A DNA stretch of 64,000 nucleotides from Nitrospirota bacterium (GTDB lineage: Bacteria > Nitrospirota > UBA9217), in NCBI GenBank assembly GCA_963737155.1, contig CAVTRN010000001.1:1280001-1344000 (forward strand), in the 5' to 3' direction. Below the pieces are notes generated by a model, which saw nothing but the letters and a program-made list of their open reading frames with translations, had not been told where the DNA came from and ran no database searches. The position numbers and the translations under genes were made by a program. Below, one piece after another: positions 10,277-21,585 of the stretch (position 1 is its first letter; every line of letters starts with the position of its first letter).

Positions 10277-11047
10277 TCAATTCCTTTTCACAATCACTTT
10301 CGCAAGTAATGCAGTGGCGACAACCACAAACTCATTAGGTTTGAGCATGGGACCAAGGAGAGCAGTCTGACCGGCCTTACTTAGCAGTCGTTCATCGTAT
10401 TGGGCGCCTGTGCAGAGGCGGCGCAATTTCGCTACGAGCTGTAAGAAATTTGCTGAACGGGACAGCTCGCGTGCGAGTGAGAGAGAATCATAAATAAGAC
10501 CGCTTTCATGGAAGGCAAGCGTCGGAAGGTGTCCAGCATAGAGTGTCAAAAATCTTTCGCGCTCTTCTTTTGATGCCTCGTGCGTGTTCTTCGTCACCTT
10601 CGTCACTTTTAGGCCACCGGTAAGAACAGCATTGCTGATGCTTACTGTACGCTTGGTGGTTGTTTCCATCGAAGTGCTGCATAAAATTCCAATGCCATGC
10701 AGAATGAGATTGATATCGCGATAGGCGATTGTTAGACTGCTGCCATCATTTGATTTGACAATGAGATCTTTTTCGCCAAAAGCAAACCTTCTTACGAGCC
10801 ACGGGGCCCTCTCTAGCTTAATCTCGTCGTTATGCAGAACTAATGCGGAGAAGCCTTTGGACTCAAGCTCACCTGCAAGTTTCTTGGCCTTCATCTCCTC
10901 CGCAAACACGCCTACGACAAGGGGTCCGTTTCCGGGGGCGCGCAGACGCGAATGCGCCTCAAAAACCGTAACTTTAAGAACAGTTGCTAGCACTTGGGCC
11001 AGCTCCTGTTTATTTTCCTTGACGTTGTATATTGCCAGAATATGCAT
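10277..11047 (-). CDS. Hypothetical protein
   Basis: 256-aa ORF co-oriented with the POT gene. No motif recognised. Confidence 0.65.
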   Translation of the reverse strand: MHILAIYNVKENKQELAQVLATVLKVTVFEAHSRLRAPGNGPLVVGVFAEEMKAKKLAGELESKGFSALVLHNDEIKLERAPWLVRRFAFGEKDLIVKSNDGSSLTIAYRDINLILHGIGILCSTSMETTTKRTVSISNAVLTGGLKVTKVTKNTHEASKEERERFLTLYAGHLPTLAFHESGLIYDSLSLARELSRSANFLQLVAKLRRLCTGAQYDERLLSKAGQTALLGPMLKPNEFVVVATALLAKVIVKRN

Positions 11048-11399
11048 AATTATTTCCCTTTGCTCAGGTTTTGCCTTTGAGGCAATGCTAGTTGAAACAG
11101 CCTTTTTCCCAGATTTTATAGCCTATAAAATGGGATAAGTAAGAAAAGCAAAGCTTTCTGATTTCAATTATGATGGTTCTAACGAAAGAATATCATGCTC
11201 TGAAAGGAAAGCTATGCTTATTAAGACAATAATGAATCAATCAGAAAAGTTCAAGTCATTTGTTTACGATAAGTTCCAGTTTGAAATGGTGAATAGCCAT
11301 AAATTCCTGATCGTTAATATTAAACCAGGAAAAACATAATGCCGATCTACCATAATTTATCTATAAAAGGATTCCATTCACGATACGCAGAAAGAATGA

Positions 11400-11820
11400 C
11401 TGTATAAGTGCATCCCCATTTTAAATTTCAAAATGTTCTTCCGCTATGCGTGGCGTCGAACAGATTTTATCATCAACGGTTCTACCATTGAGAGCATTCC
11501 CTGGGCAGTGGGCAAAGAGCATCAGATGACCACGTATAAAGTTTACCTTGCTCGGTGAGCCAGGCGTCTTTCGTGGCAGGAGACGGTGGGCATATTCAAG
11601 ACCAGATGGGACAGCGTTTGCTGGGCAGTCAAATGAGTGGTGGAATACGGCCTTGCCCACCAGAGTCTGGGCGGGATCAAACAGCTCGGCATTGATGAAA
11701 TCAGCTACAGAGGAGGGGAACAAGTCTCTTACCCTTGTTTATAAACTGGATGAAGGATGTCGTTGACTTTTTTTATGGAGTTGTCCAAAGGGAAGAGTAA
11801 AGACCTTGCTCCGGTTGTGA
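11400..11820 (+). pseudogene. ISL3-family transposase fragment
   Basis: PWAVGKEHQMTTYKVYLAR*ARRLSWQET...WDSV...GIKQLGIDEISYR / KSLTLVYKLDEGCR*, with stops and frameshifts. Confidence 0.75.
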
Positions 11821-12083
11821 GGGTATTGATTTATTGTGCTCTTGTGAAACCTGATATCTGAGACAGTTGCGATGAGCGAATCACCTCATCATCTATGATG
11901 ATCGTAATAATGCAGGCGATGGTGAGTCATTGAAAACTAATTTTTATTGTATACGATGGGGATTTGTTCTGAGCGATGGCTTGGCATCAACTTGTGTTAA
12001 ATTTCGCTGTTTTGCCCATTCGCGTAATTTCTAAAACAGTTCTCAACCCGCATCAAGATGCTCAGCAATCCGTTCCCAAAAAT

Positions 12084-12114
12084 AAAAAAACCGGCGCTTT
12101 AATCTGCGTCGGCT
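12084..12114 (-). terminator. Rho-independent terminator of lpxC
   Basis: Minus strand GCCGACGC-loop-GCGCCGGT imperfect stem followed by a T run. Confidence 0.5.
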
Positions 12115-12141
12115 TTGAACTTTGTCGCATGGCTATTTTTT

Positions 12142-13050
12142 TTATAGTGCAGCGTGCTGGAATTGACACTCCTGTTGGCTGGCATCCCTTTCCTCAGACG
12201 AACCTATAGTAATCCAGGTCTGCGGATTGTGCAGAAGTTCGCTGACCATCTGCGCATTCAGGCCATGGCCGGACTTGTGCGCCACGATGTGGCCGACAAT
12301 GGGCATGCCGATGAGCGACAAATCGCCAATGAGGTCGAGGATTTTATGTCGCACAAACTCGTCCTCGTAACGGAGACCGTCTTCATTCAGAACTGAGTCG
12401 TCGCCGAGCGCTACGGCATTGTCCAAGGAAGCGCCCTTTGCAAGTCCATTTGCCTGTAATGTCTTGACATCGCTCATAAAACCGAAGGTGCGGGCGTTGG
12501 ATACCTCACGCAGGAAAGCTTCTTCGGACGGCTGATACTGCAGGCTTTGCTCCTTGAGCATCGGATGGTTAAAATCGATGAAATAGGATATGCTCGTCGT
12601 CTCCGCAGGCCAGATGGCAAGCTGCTTGTTGCCCTCGCGCACGAAAATAGGTTTGATGACTTTCAATACCGGCTGAAGAATTTCCTGGGATTGAATGCCA
12701 GCATCGGTAATGAGCCGGACAAAAGTCTGGGCACTTCCATCCATAATCGGGACTTCTCCGGCATCGATCTCGACGTATACGTTGTTGATGTTGAGGCTCG
12801 CAAAGGTGGAGAGAAGATGCTCGACTGTTGTTACAGACACTCCGCTCTGACTCAGCGTGGTTGCATAGCTTGTTGCTCCTGTATTGGATGCGATTGCCTT
12901 GATTTCCGCATTGCCTAGGTCTGTACGGATGAAAACGACACCTGTACCCGCCGGGGCAGGTTTGAGGATCATCTTTACCGGTTTGCCGGTATGGAGGCCG
13001 ATGCCCTCACAGGCGATGTTTTTCTGTATTGTGCGTTGAAATCTGATCAT
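12142..13050 (-). CDS. lpxC: UDP-3-O-acyl-N-acetylglucosamine deacetylase
   Basis: QRTI...GIGLHTG, TVEHLLS, PIMDGS, ARTFGF, HKILDLIGDL and KSGH motifs. Confidence 0.96.
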   Translation of the reverse strand: MIRFQRTIQKNIACEGIGLHTGKPVKMILKPAPAGTGVVFIRTDLGNAEIKAIASNTGATSYATTLSQSGVSVTTVEHLLSTFASLNINNVYVEIDAGEVPIMDGSAQTFVRLITDAGIQSQEILQPVLKVIKPIFVREGNKQLAIWPAETTSISYFIDFNHPMLKEQSLQYQPSEEAFLREVSNARTFGFMSDVKTLQANGLAKGASLDNAVALGDDSVLNEDGLRYEDEFVRHKILDLIGDLSLIGMPIVGHIVAHKSGHGLNAQMVSELLHNPQTWITIGSSEERDASQQECQFQHAAL

Positions 13051-13080
13051 GGTAAAATCCCCTTTTCGTAATAGTAAAGA

Positions 13081-13096
13081 AGCAATAGTCATGCCA
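13081..13096 (-). promoter_or_regulatory. Sigma54 (-24/-12) promoter of lpxC
   Basis: Minus strand TGGCAT-GACTA-TTGCT matches TGGCAC-N5-TTGCW, 30 nt upstream of the ATG. Confidence 0.7.
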
Positions 13097-13383
13097 TGAA
13101 AGTTACACAATAATGTCTCAATAAATTAGTGTGTTATAAATCATATCCACAGCATGTGTGGTAAAAAAGACTCTATAATCCTGTGTCCATGTTGCCATAC
13201 TGCCACAGTGGGCCGCGTAATTTTTTTTATTTTTCTTAATTTGTACTATATTAATTCATCGGTGACAAATCAAACGCTAATGAGCCATCATAGGTTTTTC
13301 AGAATAAGTTTCTCTTTGTTTTTCATTGACATATCAGGTATATGTATGATAAATTTTTTCTTACTCTAACAGGTGGATGAAGT

Positions 13384-14226
13384 CTGATATGGCTCACAGA
13401 GCCAAGTGAAAAAACAGTCCCTGGCCCCTTTTTGTTTCAAGGGTTAAGTGGTCATCTTGCTTCAGAGCATAAGAAGGTACGAGGCCGACTATTGCAACGT
13501 TTGATCTTTCTTCACCACGGAGCTGTCTCGCTCTATATGCGGAAGTCGGCATTGCCTTATTCCATAGAGTTGTCGAGGGCTCTCCGTAAACGTTGCCGCG
13601 TCCTCACTTGTGATTGGGGTGGTTGTTTATTACCTGATAGCGTTCTCTTGTAATGACGTTTTGTTCTTTGATATTTTATGCGCTCTGTAGCTTCACTTCA
13701 CGGGCAGTTGCCCAATGAAGCCGCATAATTCTCTGGCAATAGCTGTTATCACCTCGTTTCTAGGTTTTTCCCTTTTGCTGTAAGATTACGGAATCGGCCA
13801 CAGAGACGCACCTGGGCTTCCTCCAAGAGACGTCGAAAATGTTTTTCGGTAGCCTCTCTTGTCGCTTGAGGAGAACTCGGCTGACTCGGACTCTGAACTA
13901 TGCATTTGTAACCTTGGTTAGATGGTGGTATATTTCGTAACTACACGGTCCTACATATACAAAGTGCAGTTCTGAGCCTTTGCTTTCAAGCTCGCGGATC
14001 ATCTTGTCCAATGATGCAATGTCGCCGCCAATCTTACAATAGTAGAGAACTTATTGGATGCCGCCTATTTCTGCCGTTGTAACAGCTATGGAGTTTTTTG
14101 CCGAATCGAGATCGACCATTGTGATAGAATTTGATGACCTGCTTCCTTGTTTGTGGCTCCATATTTGGACTACTATTAAATCCAAGTATAAACCACGGTG
14201 GCATGGGTCAGGTCACTTTCTCATCT
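13384..14226 (-). mobile_element. Internally deleted IS110-family element with both ends and a long 3' non-coding region
   Basis: N-terminal VDLDSAKNSIAV...YYCKIGGDIASLDKMIRELESKGSELHFVYVGPCSYEIYHHL is joined to C-terminal RVSRVLLKRQERLPK.../AQVRLCGRFR.../VITAIARELCGFI. Ends read ATGAGAAAGTGACCTG and GCCATATCAG. Boundaries approximate. Confidence 0.75.
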
Positions 14227-14260
14227 ATCAACCATTATGTCTATAGGTTGCGGGGTGAAT

Positions 14261-14986
14261 ATGACGCCTAAGCTCGGGGAATTATACAAACAGGGCATAG
14301 ATGCGTTCGATAAAGGTGATTACACTGCGGCAGAGCGTTTTTTTTACGATATACTGCGCCAGAACTCTCGTTTTGCTGATATTCAGAACAAAATCGGAAT
14401 TATTTACAATCAGACGAACAGGCTCGGCCTGGCCACGGAAGCGTTCGAAAAAGCGTTGGTAATCAACCCTGGGTACACCGAGGCATCGCTCAATCTGGCT
14501 ATCACGTACAGTGATCTTGGGAAATACGAAAAAGCGCGCGAGGTTTTTGAGCGGGCGGCTCACTTCATAGAGAAGGCCGGGGCATCAGTAACCTCCACAT
14601 CGGGCATCGACCCCTTTATAAAAGGCAAGCTGGCCGACGAGCACCTGCGGCTTGGCAACATGTACTATCAAATCCCGCTGCTTGATGAAGCGATCGAGGA
14701 ATATCAGAAGGCCCTTCGCCTCTCACCCAATTTTGCGGATATCATCACCCATCTCGGTATCGCCTACCGCGACAAAGGCATGTATGACGAAGCAATCGCG
14801 GAATTCAACCATGCCAAGGAGTGCAACCTTCGTTACTCGCCTGCACGTCTGCACCTCGGCATTACCTACTACTCGCAAGGATTTTACGGCCTTGCCGAGG
14901 AGGAGTGGCGGGAAGCGTTGGTGTTTGACCCCGACAATCCCGCTGTGAAGACCTATTTAAATTTCGTAAAACTACGGACTTCATGA
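14261..14986 (+). CDS. Tetratricopeptide repeat protein
   Basis: Multiple TPR motifs (e.g. LGNMYY...EAIEEYQKALRLSPNFA). Confidence 0.88.
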   Translation: MTPKLGELYKQGIDAFDKGDYTAAERFFYDILRQNSRFADIQNKIGIIYNQTNRLGLATEAFEKALVINPGYTEASLNLAITYSDLGKYEKAREVFERAAHFIEKAGASVTSTSGIDPFIKGKLADEHLRLGNMYYQIPLLDEAIEEYQKALRLSPNFADIITHLGIAYRDKGMYDEAIAEFNHAKECNLRYSPARLHLGITYYSQGFYGLAEEEWREALVFDPDNPAVKTYLNFVKLRTS

Positions 14987-15978
14987 GTGGAGAATCTTCG
15001 TTGGATCTTCTCGAAATACAGGGCCTTACCACCCATTTTTTCACGCGTTCTGGCGTCATCAAGGCGGTAGATAATCTGAGCATTCGTCTCCGGAAAGGTC
15101 GCGTTCTCGGTCTGGTTGGCGAGTCCGGGTGCGGAAAAACAGTTACCGCTCTCTCAATACTCAATCTGGTACCCTATCCCGGCACAATTGTTGCGGGCAG
15201 AATTGTCTTCGAAGGCCATGACCTTCTCACGATTTCATCGGATCAGTTGAGAGCGATCCGCGGCGCCCGGATTGCCATGATCTTCCAGGAGCCCATGACC
15301 GCTCTTAACCCCGTCTTTACCGTGGGAAACCAGATCGCCGAAGTTCTGACTGCTCACCAGCACATTACCAAAAAAGAGGCATGGAAGAGGGCCATTGAAC
15401 TCCTTCGCTCCGTCGGCATTCCTTCCCCGGAAAAGCGCGTTGACGAGTACCCTCATCAGCTTTCGGGTGGCATGCGACAGCGCGTCATGATCGCCATGGC
15501 CATCGCGTGCAAGCCGGCACTGATCCTCGCTGATGAACCGACTACAGCCCTCGACGTAACGATCCAGGCACATATTCTCGAACTGCTCGGCAAGATTCAG
15601 GCGGAAATGGGCATGGCCATGATCCTAGTCACCCATGATCTCGGGCTGATTGCCGAGCGTTCCCACGAGGTGGCTGTGATGTACGCGGGCAGGATCGTAG
15701 AGCAGGCTGAGACGGGTGAACTCTTCAAAAACCCACAGCACCCCTATACACGTGGCCTCATGGCTTCGATCCCCAAGCCGGGACAAGAGGGGCATCACCG
15801 GTTGCACACAATCGCCGGGAATGTTCCCCGGTTGATCGATCTGCCGAAAGGATGTTCGTTTGCTCCTCGCTGTGATATCAAAAACGCTCAATGCGCATTA
15901 GCTCCGGAGCTGGTGGAAGTAAAGCCGGGTCATCTGGTAAGATGCTGGGAGAGCGAAGTGAGAATTACAGACAGGTAG
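14983..15978 (+). CDS. dppD: Oligopeptide/dipeptide ABC transporter ATPase (DppD/OppD)
   Basis: [28 protein letters not shown] and C-terminal Cys motifs. Confidence 0.88.
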   Translation: MSGESSLDLLEIQGLTTHFFTRSGVIKAVDNLSIRLRKGRVLGLVGESGCGKTVTALSILNLVPYPGTIVAGRIVFEGHDLLTISSDQLRAIRGARIAMIFQEPMTALNPVFTVGNQIAEVLTAHQHITKKEAWKRAIELLRSVGIPSPEKRVDEYPHQLSGGMRQRVMIAMAIACKPALILADEPTTALDVTIQAHILELLGKIQAEMGMAMILVTHDLGLIAERSHEVAVMYAGRIVEQAETGELFKNPQHPYTRGLMASIPKPGQEGHHRLHTIAGNVPRLIDLPKGCSFAPRCDIKNAQCALAPELVEVKPGHLVRCWESEVRITDR

Positions 15979-16055
15979 CAAAGGTTAATTGGCAAGGAGC
16001 AAGAGACAAAAAAGGGGAAAATGCGAAACGGGGAATTTTGAATCTCGAAATCGAT

Positions 16056-17018
16056 ATGTCTGATACATTACTCTCCATCAACAACATATTTAAAAAATTT
16101 GCCGTAACCTCGGGATTGGGCAAAAAACTCGAAGCAACGGCAGTGGACGGCGTGACGCTGTCTGTGGCACGTGGAGAGGCAGTGGGCCTCGTCGGCGAGA
16201 GCGGATGTGGCAAATCCACGCTTGGCAGGCTGTCGCTCAGACTGCTCGGACCCACATCGGGAAATGTGCTATTCGAGGGCCGGGATCTTGGCACGCTGGG
16301 GAAAGAGGAACTTCGAGCGCTCCGAAAGAACATGCAGATCATCTTCCAAGACCCTTTTGCATCGCTCAATCCTCGCATGCGCATCCAGGAAATCATTACT
16401 GAGCCACTTGTGATCCATGGCCTTGCAAAGAAGCATGAACTTGAAGAGCGAGGAGGGGTTCTGCTTGGAAAGGTGGGTTTACCCGCGGACGCTCTTCGCC
16501 GCTATCCTCACGAATTCTCCGGAGGTCAGCGGCAGCGCATCGGCATTGCGCGGGCTCTTGCGAGTAGTCCGTCGTTCATCGTGGCCGACGAACCGGTGTC
16601 CGCTCTTGATGTCTCAGTGCAGGCGCAGATCATCAATCTCCTTGAAGACCTGCGAGGGGAAATGAAACTTTCGTTCCTGTTCATAGCCCACGATCTGAAT
16701 ATTGTTCGTAATTTTTCAGACCGTGTGGTTGTGATGTATCTCGGCAAGATCATGGAAATCGCGCCAGCCGAGGAGATCTACCGCAATCCTTCCCATCCCT
16801 ACACTGAGGCGCTGCTGGCCGATATTCCTGTCGCCGACCCTACGGTGAAGAAAAAACACATCCTGCTCAAAGGCGACATTCCGAGCCCCACCCACATCCC
16901 ACCCGGTTGCCGGTTCCATACCCGCTGCATCTATCGCTTCGATCCGTGTGACAAAATCGTTCCACGCACGACTGATCTTGGAAACGGGCATTTCGTGGAC
17001 TGTCATTTGCGGGGCTAG
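16056..17018 (+). CDS. dppF: Oligopeptide/dipeptide ABC transporter ATPase (DppF/OppF)
   Basis: GESGCGKS, FSGGQRQRIGIAR, DEPVSALD, GCRFHTRC. Confidence 0.88.
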   Translation: MSDTLLSINNIFKKFAVTSGLGKKLEATAVDGVTLSVARGEAVGLVGESGCGKSTLGRLSLRLLGPTSGNVLFEGRDLGTLGKEELRALRKNMQIIFQDPFASLNPRMRIQEIITEPLVIHGLAKKHELEERGGVLLGKVGLPADALRRYPHEFSGGQRQRIGIARALASSPSFIVADEPVSALDVSVQAQIINLLEDLRGEMKLSFLFIAHDLNIVRNFSDRVVVMYLGKIMEIAPAEEIYRNPSHPYTEALLADIPVADPTVKKKHILLKGDIPSPTHIPPGCRFHTRCIYRFDPCDKIVPRTTDLGNGHFVDCHLRG

Positions 17019-17456
17019 ATTGCTGGGTCTTAACCGATTCTTTAAATAATTTTCTTGGGTAGAAAAAGCTGACTGGCACCTTGTGTATGGCTTTTTACGC
17101 TTGAGTAGTGTGGTTGCGAAACGCAGTTAACGGCTGGCGGTACAGCCACTGCTATCCAGAGCGGCCGCATATTCGGCGGTACTGTATGAGATACTTAACA
17201 AATAAAAATTGTTGAACCTGCTAAAGAGCCTGATCTGCAAACAATGACTTCCTTCGGCAAAAAATTACTATAACTTACTTTTATGAAAGTTACGTTGAAC
17301 TAAATTGTGCTTTTTATGGTACAATGCCAATACGATTGGCTACTATGGTCAGAGGTCTTATTACGAGGCCGCCACTGACCGGAAATGGACGCAGATTGAT
17401 GTGTTCCCGGTCGATTTTGCTTCGGTGTCATTATTTCTGATTTTGGGGGGCAATTA

Positions 17457-19715
17457 ATGCCGATACAAGAAGGTACAGTTTTAATCACTGCATTGCATTC
17501 TGAAGTGGAAAACAGGTTTTTAACCTATGCACTGTCAACCATTGTTTCACGTTCGCTTCCCGATGTCCGTGACGGGCTCAAACCGGTTCACCGGAGAATT
17601 CTCTATGCCATGTGGGAGATGGGCCTCAGGCCATCAGCGAAGTTTAGGAAGAGCGCGGCCGTGGTTGGCGAGGTACTCGGGAAATTCCATCCGCACGGCG
17701 ATCAGGCTGCCTATGATGCGATGGTAAGGATGGCCCAGGATTTCTCGCTTCGCTATCCACTCGTCGAAGGCTCTGGAAATTTCGGTAGCCTCGATGGTGA
17801 TCCAGCGGCGGCTATGCGGTACACCGAAGCACGGCTTTCGCGAATAGCCGAAGAGCTGCTCGTGGAAATTGAAAAGGACACTGTCGGGTTCCGGCCGAAC
17901 TACGACAACTCGCTCAAGGAGCCGGTCGTGCTCCCCGCAAGGTTTCCGCAGCTTCTCGTGAACGGAACTTCAGGGATAGCTGTTGGCATGAGCTGCTCCT
18001 TTCCGCCGCATAACATCGCCGAGGTGATTGATGGACTTGCGGCCCTAATTGATGATTCGAACATCGAGGTTAAGGATATTCTCAAGCATATCAAAGGCCC
18101 CGACTTTCCCACAAGTGGACAGATTCTGAATTCGAAGAAGGATCTCAGGGATATTTACCAGTCCGGATCGGGCGGCATCAGGATACGGGGCGAGTATACT
18201 GCCGAGGATTTGCCACGCGGAAAGCAGGCGATCGTGTTCACTTCCATTCCGTATATGGTGAACAAAGCGAAGCTGCTCGAGAAACTCATCGGCCTGATGG
18301 AGGACAAGAAGCTGCCCCAGGTTTCAGCCGTAAGAGACGAGTCCACCGACTTGGTGCGGATTGTGCTTGAGCTAAGGGCAGAGACGAACGCCGAGCTTGT
18401 GACCGCATACCTGTTCAAGCACACGGACCTCGAGTCCACGTTCCCGATTAACTTCACGGCTCTCAAGCCGAACATGGAGCCTGAGCGCTTGTCGCTTAAG
18501 GAGCTCATGCGGTATTTCCTCGACTTTCGGCATGAGCTTGTGACGAAACGGCTGAACTTCGACCTCAAGATTTTAAAAGCACGGCTGCATATTCTTTCGG
18601 CATTCGAAAGGCTCTATGACGACCTAGATACGGCCATCAAGATTATCCGCAAGGCTAAGTCTCGCGAGGACGCGACCGAGAAACTTATGAAACATTTCAA
18701 ATTCGACGACGAGCAGGTGAAGTCGATTCTTGAGATGCAGCTCTATAAGCTGGTCGGGCTCGAGATTGATCGCATACTTAAGGAAAAAGCCGAAAAGACT
18801 AAGCAGAAAAAAGACATCGAGACAATTCTGGCGAGCCAGAGAAAGATATGGGATATCATCAAGTCCGAGCTTCTGGAGATCAAGGGGAAATACGGAGACA
18901 AACGAAAGTCGGTCATGAAGGCGGCTGAGGATGTGGAGTTTTCGCAGGAGGATTTTATCGTTCATGAGGATGTCACCGTGATCCTGACTAGGATGGGATG
19001 GATCAGGCGCGTTAAAACGGTGGGAGAGAACCTCCGGTTCAAGGAAGGAGACGACCTGCTCGTGCTCCTGCCGGCCAACACGAGGGATAATATAGCTGTT
19101 TTTTCCTCGGCAGGTAAAATCTATGTCCTGAAGGCTTTCGATCTGCCATCGGGCTCCGGTTTCGGCGAGCCGGTTCAGCATTTGTTCAAATTTGGTGACG
19201 GCGAACGGATGGTGACGGCCATGAACCTGTCGGCTGTTTTTGCAGGCACTCCAGGCGCCGAGGGAGCAGATCCCCAGGCCGAGCTTGCGCTTACACCGAA
19301 AGAAGTTACGGCGCTGACCGTGTCGACTCACGGCGTGGGTTTTGCGTTCGACCTTTCGCAATTCAATGCAGTGACCACCCGGGCAGGGAAAAAATTTGCA
19401 GGTGTGAAGCCCGGCGACAGCATCATGGGAGTCGATATCCTTGATATGCCGAATGTCCTGTTTCTTACGACTGAAGGCAAGGCCATTGTGGTGGCTGCGA
19501 AGGATATTGCGGTGCTTAGCGGCGCAGGCAAAGGGGTAAAGCTTGTGAATGTGAAGAACGGCGAGGTTGCCCTCTTCCGGCCTGTACGCAAGGGCGAGCA
19601 AATCAAAGTAATCGATGACAAGGGTAAGGAAAGAACGATTGACCTGAAAGACTACGGTGTTATGACGCGGGGTGCAGTAGGGCTCAAGGCCGTGAAGGCG
19701 GTGAAGTTCGCTTAA
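17457..19715 (+). CDS. parC: Type IIA topoisomerase subunit A, ParC-like (no GyrA box)
   Basis: [17 protein letters not shown], catalytic AAMRYTE. Short C-terminal domain lacking QRRGGKG. Confidence 0.75.
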   Translation: MPIQEGTVLITALHSEVENRFLTYALSTIVSRSLPDVRDGLKPVHRRILYAMWEMGLRPSAKFRKSAAVVGEVLGKFHPHGDQAAYDAMVRMAQDFSLRYPLVEGSGNFGSLDGDPAAAMRYTEARLSRIAEELLVEIEKDTVGFRPNYDNSLKEPVVLPARFPQLLVNGTSGIAVGMSCSFPPHNIAEVIDGLAALIDDSNIEVKDILKHIKGPDFPTSGQILNSKKDLRDIYQSGSGGIRIRGEYTAEDLPRGKQAIVFTSIPYMVNKAKLLEKLIGLMEDKKLPQVSAVRDESTDLVRIVLELRAETNAELVTAYLFKHTDLESTFPINFTALKPNMEPERLSLKELMRYFLDFRHELVTKRLNFDLKILKARLHILSAFERLYDDLDTAIKIIRKAKSREDATEKLMKHFKFDDEQVKSILEMQLYKLVGLEIDRILKEKAEKTKQKKDIETILASQRKIWDIIKSELLEIKGKYGDKRKSVMKAAEDVEFSQEDFIVHEDVTVILTRMGWIRRVKTVGENLRFKEGDDLLVLLPANTRDNIAVFSSAGKIYVLKAFDLPSGSGFGEPVQHLFKFGDGERMVTAMNLSAVFAGTPGAEGADPQAELALTPKEVTALTVSTHGVGFAFDLSQFNAVTTRAGKKFAGVKPGDSIMGVDILDMPNVLFLTTEGKAIVVAAKDIAVLSGAGKGVKLVNVKNGEVALFRPVRKGEQIKVIDDKGKERTIDLKDYGVMTRGAVGLKAVKAVKFA

Positions 19716-20528
19716 ATGGAATACTACATAGCGTGGAGCCTATCTGCTCAAGACGCAGTGCGTCCCGGCCTTGATCTTTTTAAACGGGGAACGCTCGGGC
19801 GAGGGGAGTTTCCGGCAAAGGTGATCGAGCCTTTCCCCTTCTTGAACATCAGAATGCTCCGTAAGGCCTAAATTTTTAAGCCCCGAAATTCGTTCAGCAC
19901 AAGTGACACCTACCCCTGTTCCCAAACCTTTAATATTTGCATATAGCATAAAGACGATTAATCCACCATCTATAGATATGTCCCGACCATGATAAGTCCT
20001 TCTTTTCCATTTTTTGGTATACTCTCATCTCAGGAGGGCCGCCATTTACGAAGAATTTTTCTTCAACACTATCAGCCTCCCATTTTCGACCGTCGCATCC
20101 GGTATCTCGAAAAAGAGATTCAGGGCAGGGCCTCAGCAAGGCCTTCGCCCGGGATGAGAGTGAGAAGCTATTCAAAGGAACCATGAAGGCGAAAACAACT
20201 TGGAATACAGTCCCGATCGACGTGACTACAAGAAAGCATCTTTTTCTGCACGTGATAGAGAAGGAGGTTCTCGTACTACCCTACAGAAATTAATGGGTAT
20301 GGTACGAACCGATCAGCGAGTAAGATTTTTCATTCTGCCGCGCTCGCGCGATGTTTGGGCTATCCCGAATAATCAGGCGCGCCCATCACGGGACGTCCCG
20401 GCATCATTAAATTTTGTCACGACCCCCGTTGTCTGACTTTGTTCCGCGTCTCTGCAATGAAGCGGTGTCTTTGTAAGAACTCCACATTCGAAGATGCTAT
20501 ACTTAAATACGATAGGAGGAGTAACAGG

Positions 20529-21584
20529 ATGCCAGAAAAAATTCTTGAGTCCTTTCAGGTTAAACGTCTGGACATTCTCGATGAAAAAGGGAATGCGGAC
20601 GTATCGCTTGCGCCTGCGTTGACCGATGAAGAATTGAAGAGGATGTACGAAACCCTCGTGCTTGTGAGGACATTTGACCAGCGCGCGCTCAACCTGCAGC
20701 GGGAAGGGCGGCTCGGAACATATCCTTCCAACATGGGGCAGGAGGCGTCCCAGGTGGGCAGCACTTTTGCATCGGAGAAAACGGACTGGCTGTTTACTTC
20801 CTTCCGCGAAAACGGCGTATATGTTGCGGCGGGTTATCCTCTAGAACTCCTCTTTCAGTACTGGGCCGGCGATGAGCGGGGCATGAAAACTCCAGGTAAC
20901 TTGAACATCTTTCCTCTCTCCATTCCCGTGGGCACCCAGATCGTCCATGCAGTGGGTGCAGCCATGTCGGCGAAATACCGTAAGGACCGAGTCGGCGTTC
21001 TCGTGTACTTCGGCGACGGTGGCAGTTCTCGGGGGGATTTCCACGAAGGACTGAACATGGCCGGCGTGTTTAAGGCACCCGTCGTTTTCCTCTGCCAGAA
21101 CAATCAATGGGCCATATCGGTGCCGAGAGAGCGGCAGACCGCGGCTCAGACCATTGCCCAGAAGGCCGTTGCCTACGGCTTCGAAGGCATCCAGTTGGAT
21201 GGCAACGACATCTTTGCAGTGTACAAGGCAACGAAGGAGGCCCTCCAAAAGGCAAAAGAAGGTAAGGGGCCGACCTTGATTGAATGTTTCACCTATCGGA
21301 TAGCGGACCATACGACTTCTGACGATGCCTCGCGCTACCGACCGAAGGAAGAGCTGGAGATGTGGAAAGCACGGGACCCCATAATTCGTTTACGGTTGTT
21401 CATGGAGAACAAAGGCGTCTGGACGGAAGCGTACCAGAAAGATGTGGAAGCGCGCACGAAGGCCGTGATTGACGATGCCCAGAGAAAGGCTGACGCCGCT
21501 GCCCCTCCTGATCCACGGGATATGTTCACGTACACGTACAGCAGCCTCTCGCAGCAACAGATACGAGAGCTCAAGGATTTCTAA
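20529..21584 (+). CDS. pdhA: Pyruvate (2-oxoacid) dehydrogenase E1 alpha
   Basis: TPP motif GDGG...NNQWAIS, HTTSDDASRYR, AGGAGG RBS. Confidence 0.88.
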   Translation: MPEKILESFQVKRLDILDEKGNADVSLAPALTDEELKRMYETLVLVRTFDQRALNLQREGRLGTYPSNMGQEASQVGSTFASEKTDWLFTSFRENGVYVAAGYPLELLFQYWAGDERGMKTPGNLNIFPLSIPVGTQIVHAVGAAMSAKYRKDRVGVLVYFGDGGSSRGDFHEGLNMAGVFKAPVVFLCQNNQWAISVPRERQTAAQTIAQKAVAYGFEGIQLDGNDIFAVYKATKEALQKAKEGKGPTLIECFTYRIADHTTSDDASRYRPKEELEMWKARDPIIRLRLFMENKGVWTEAYQKDVEARTKAVIDDAQRKADAAAPPDPRDMFTYTYSSLSQQQIRELKDF

Positions 21585-21585
21585 T

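Noticed and set aside
19740-20440. Short ORFs between parC and pdhA
   Set aside because: Possibly decayed genes, but no family could be recognised.
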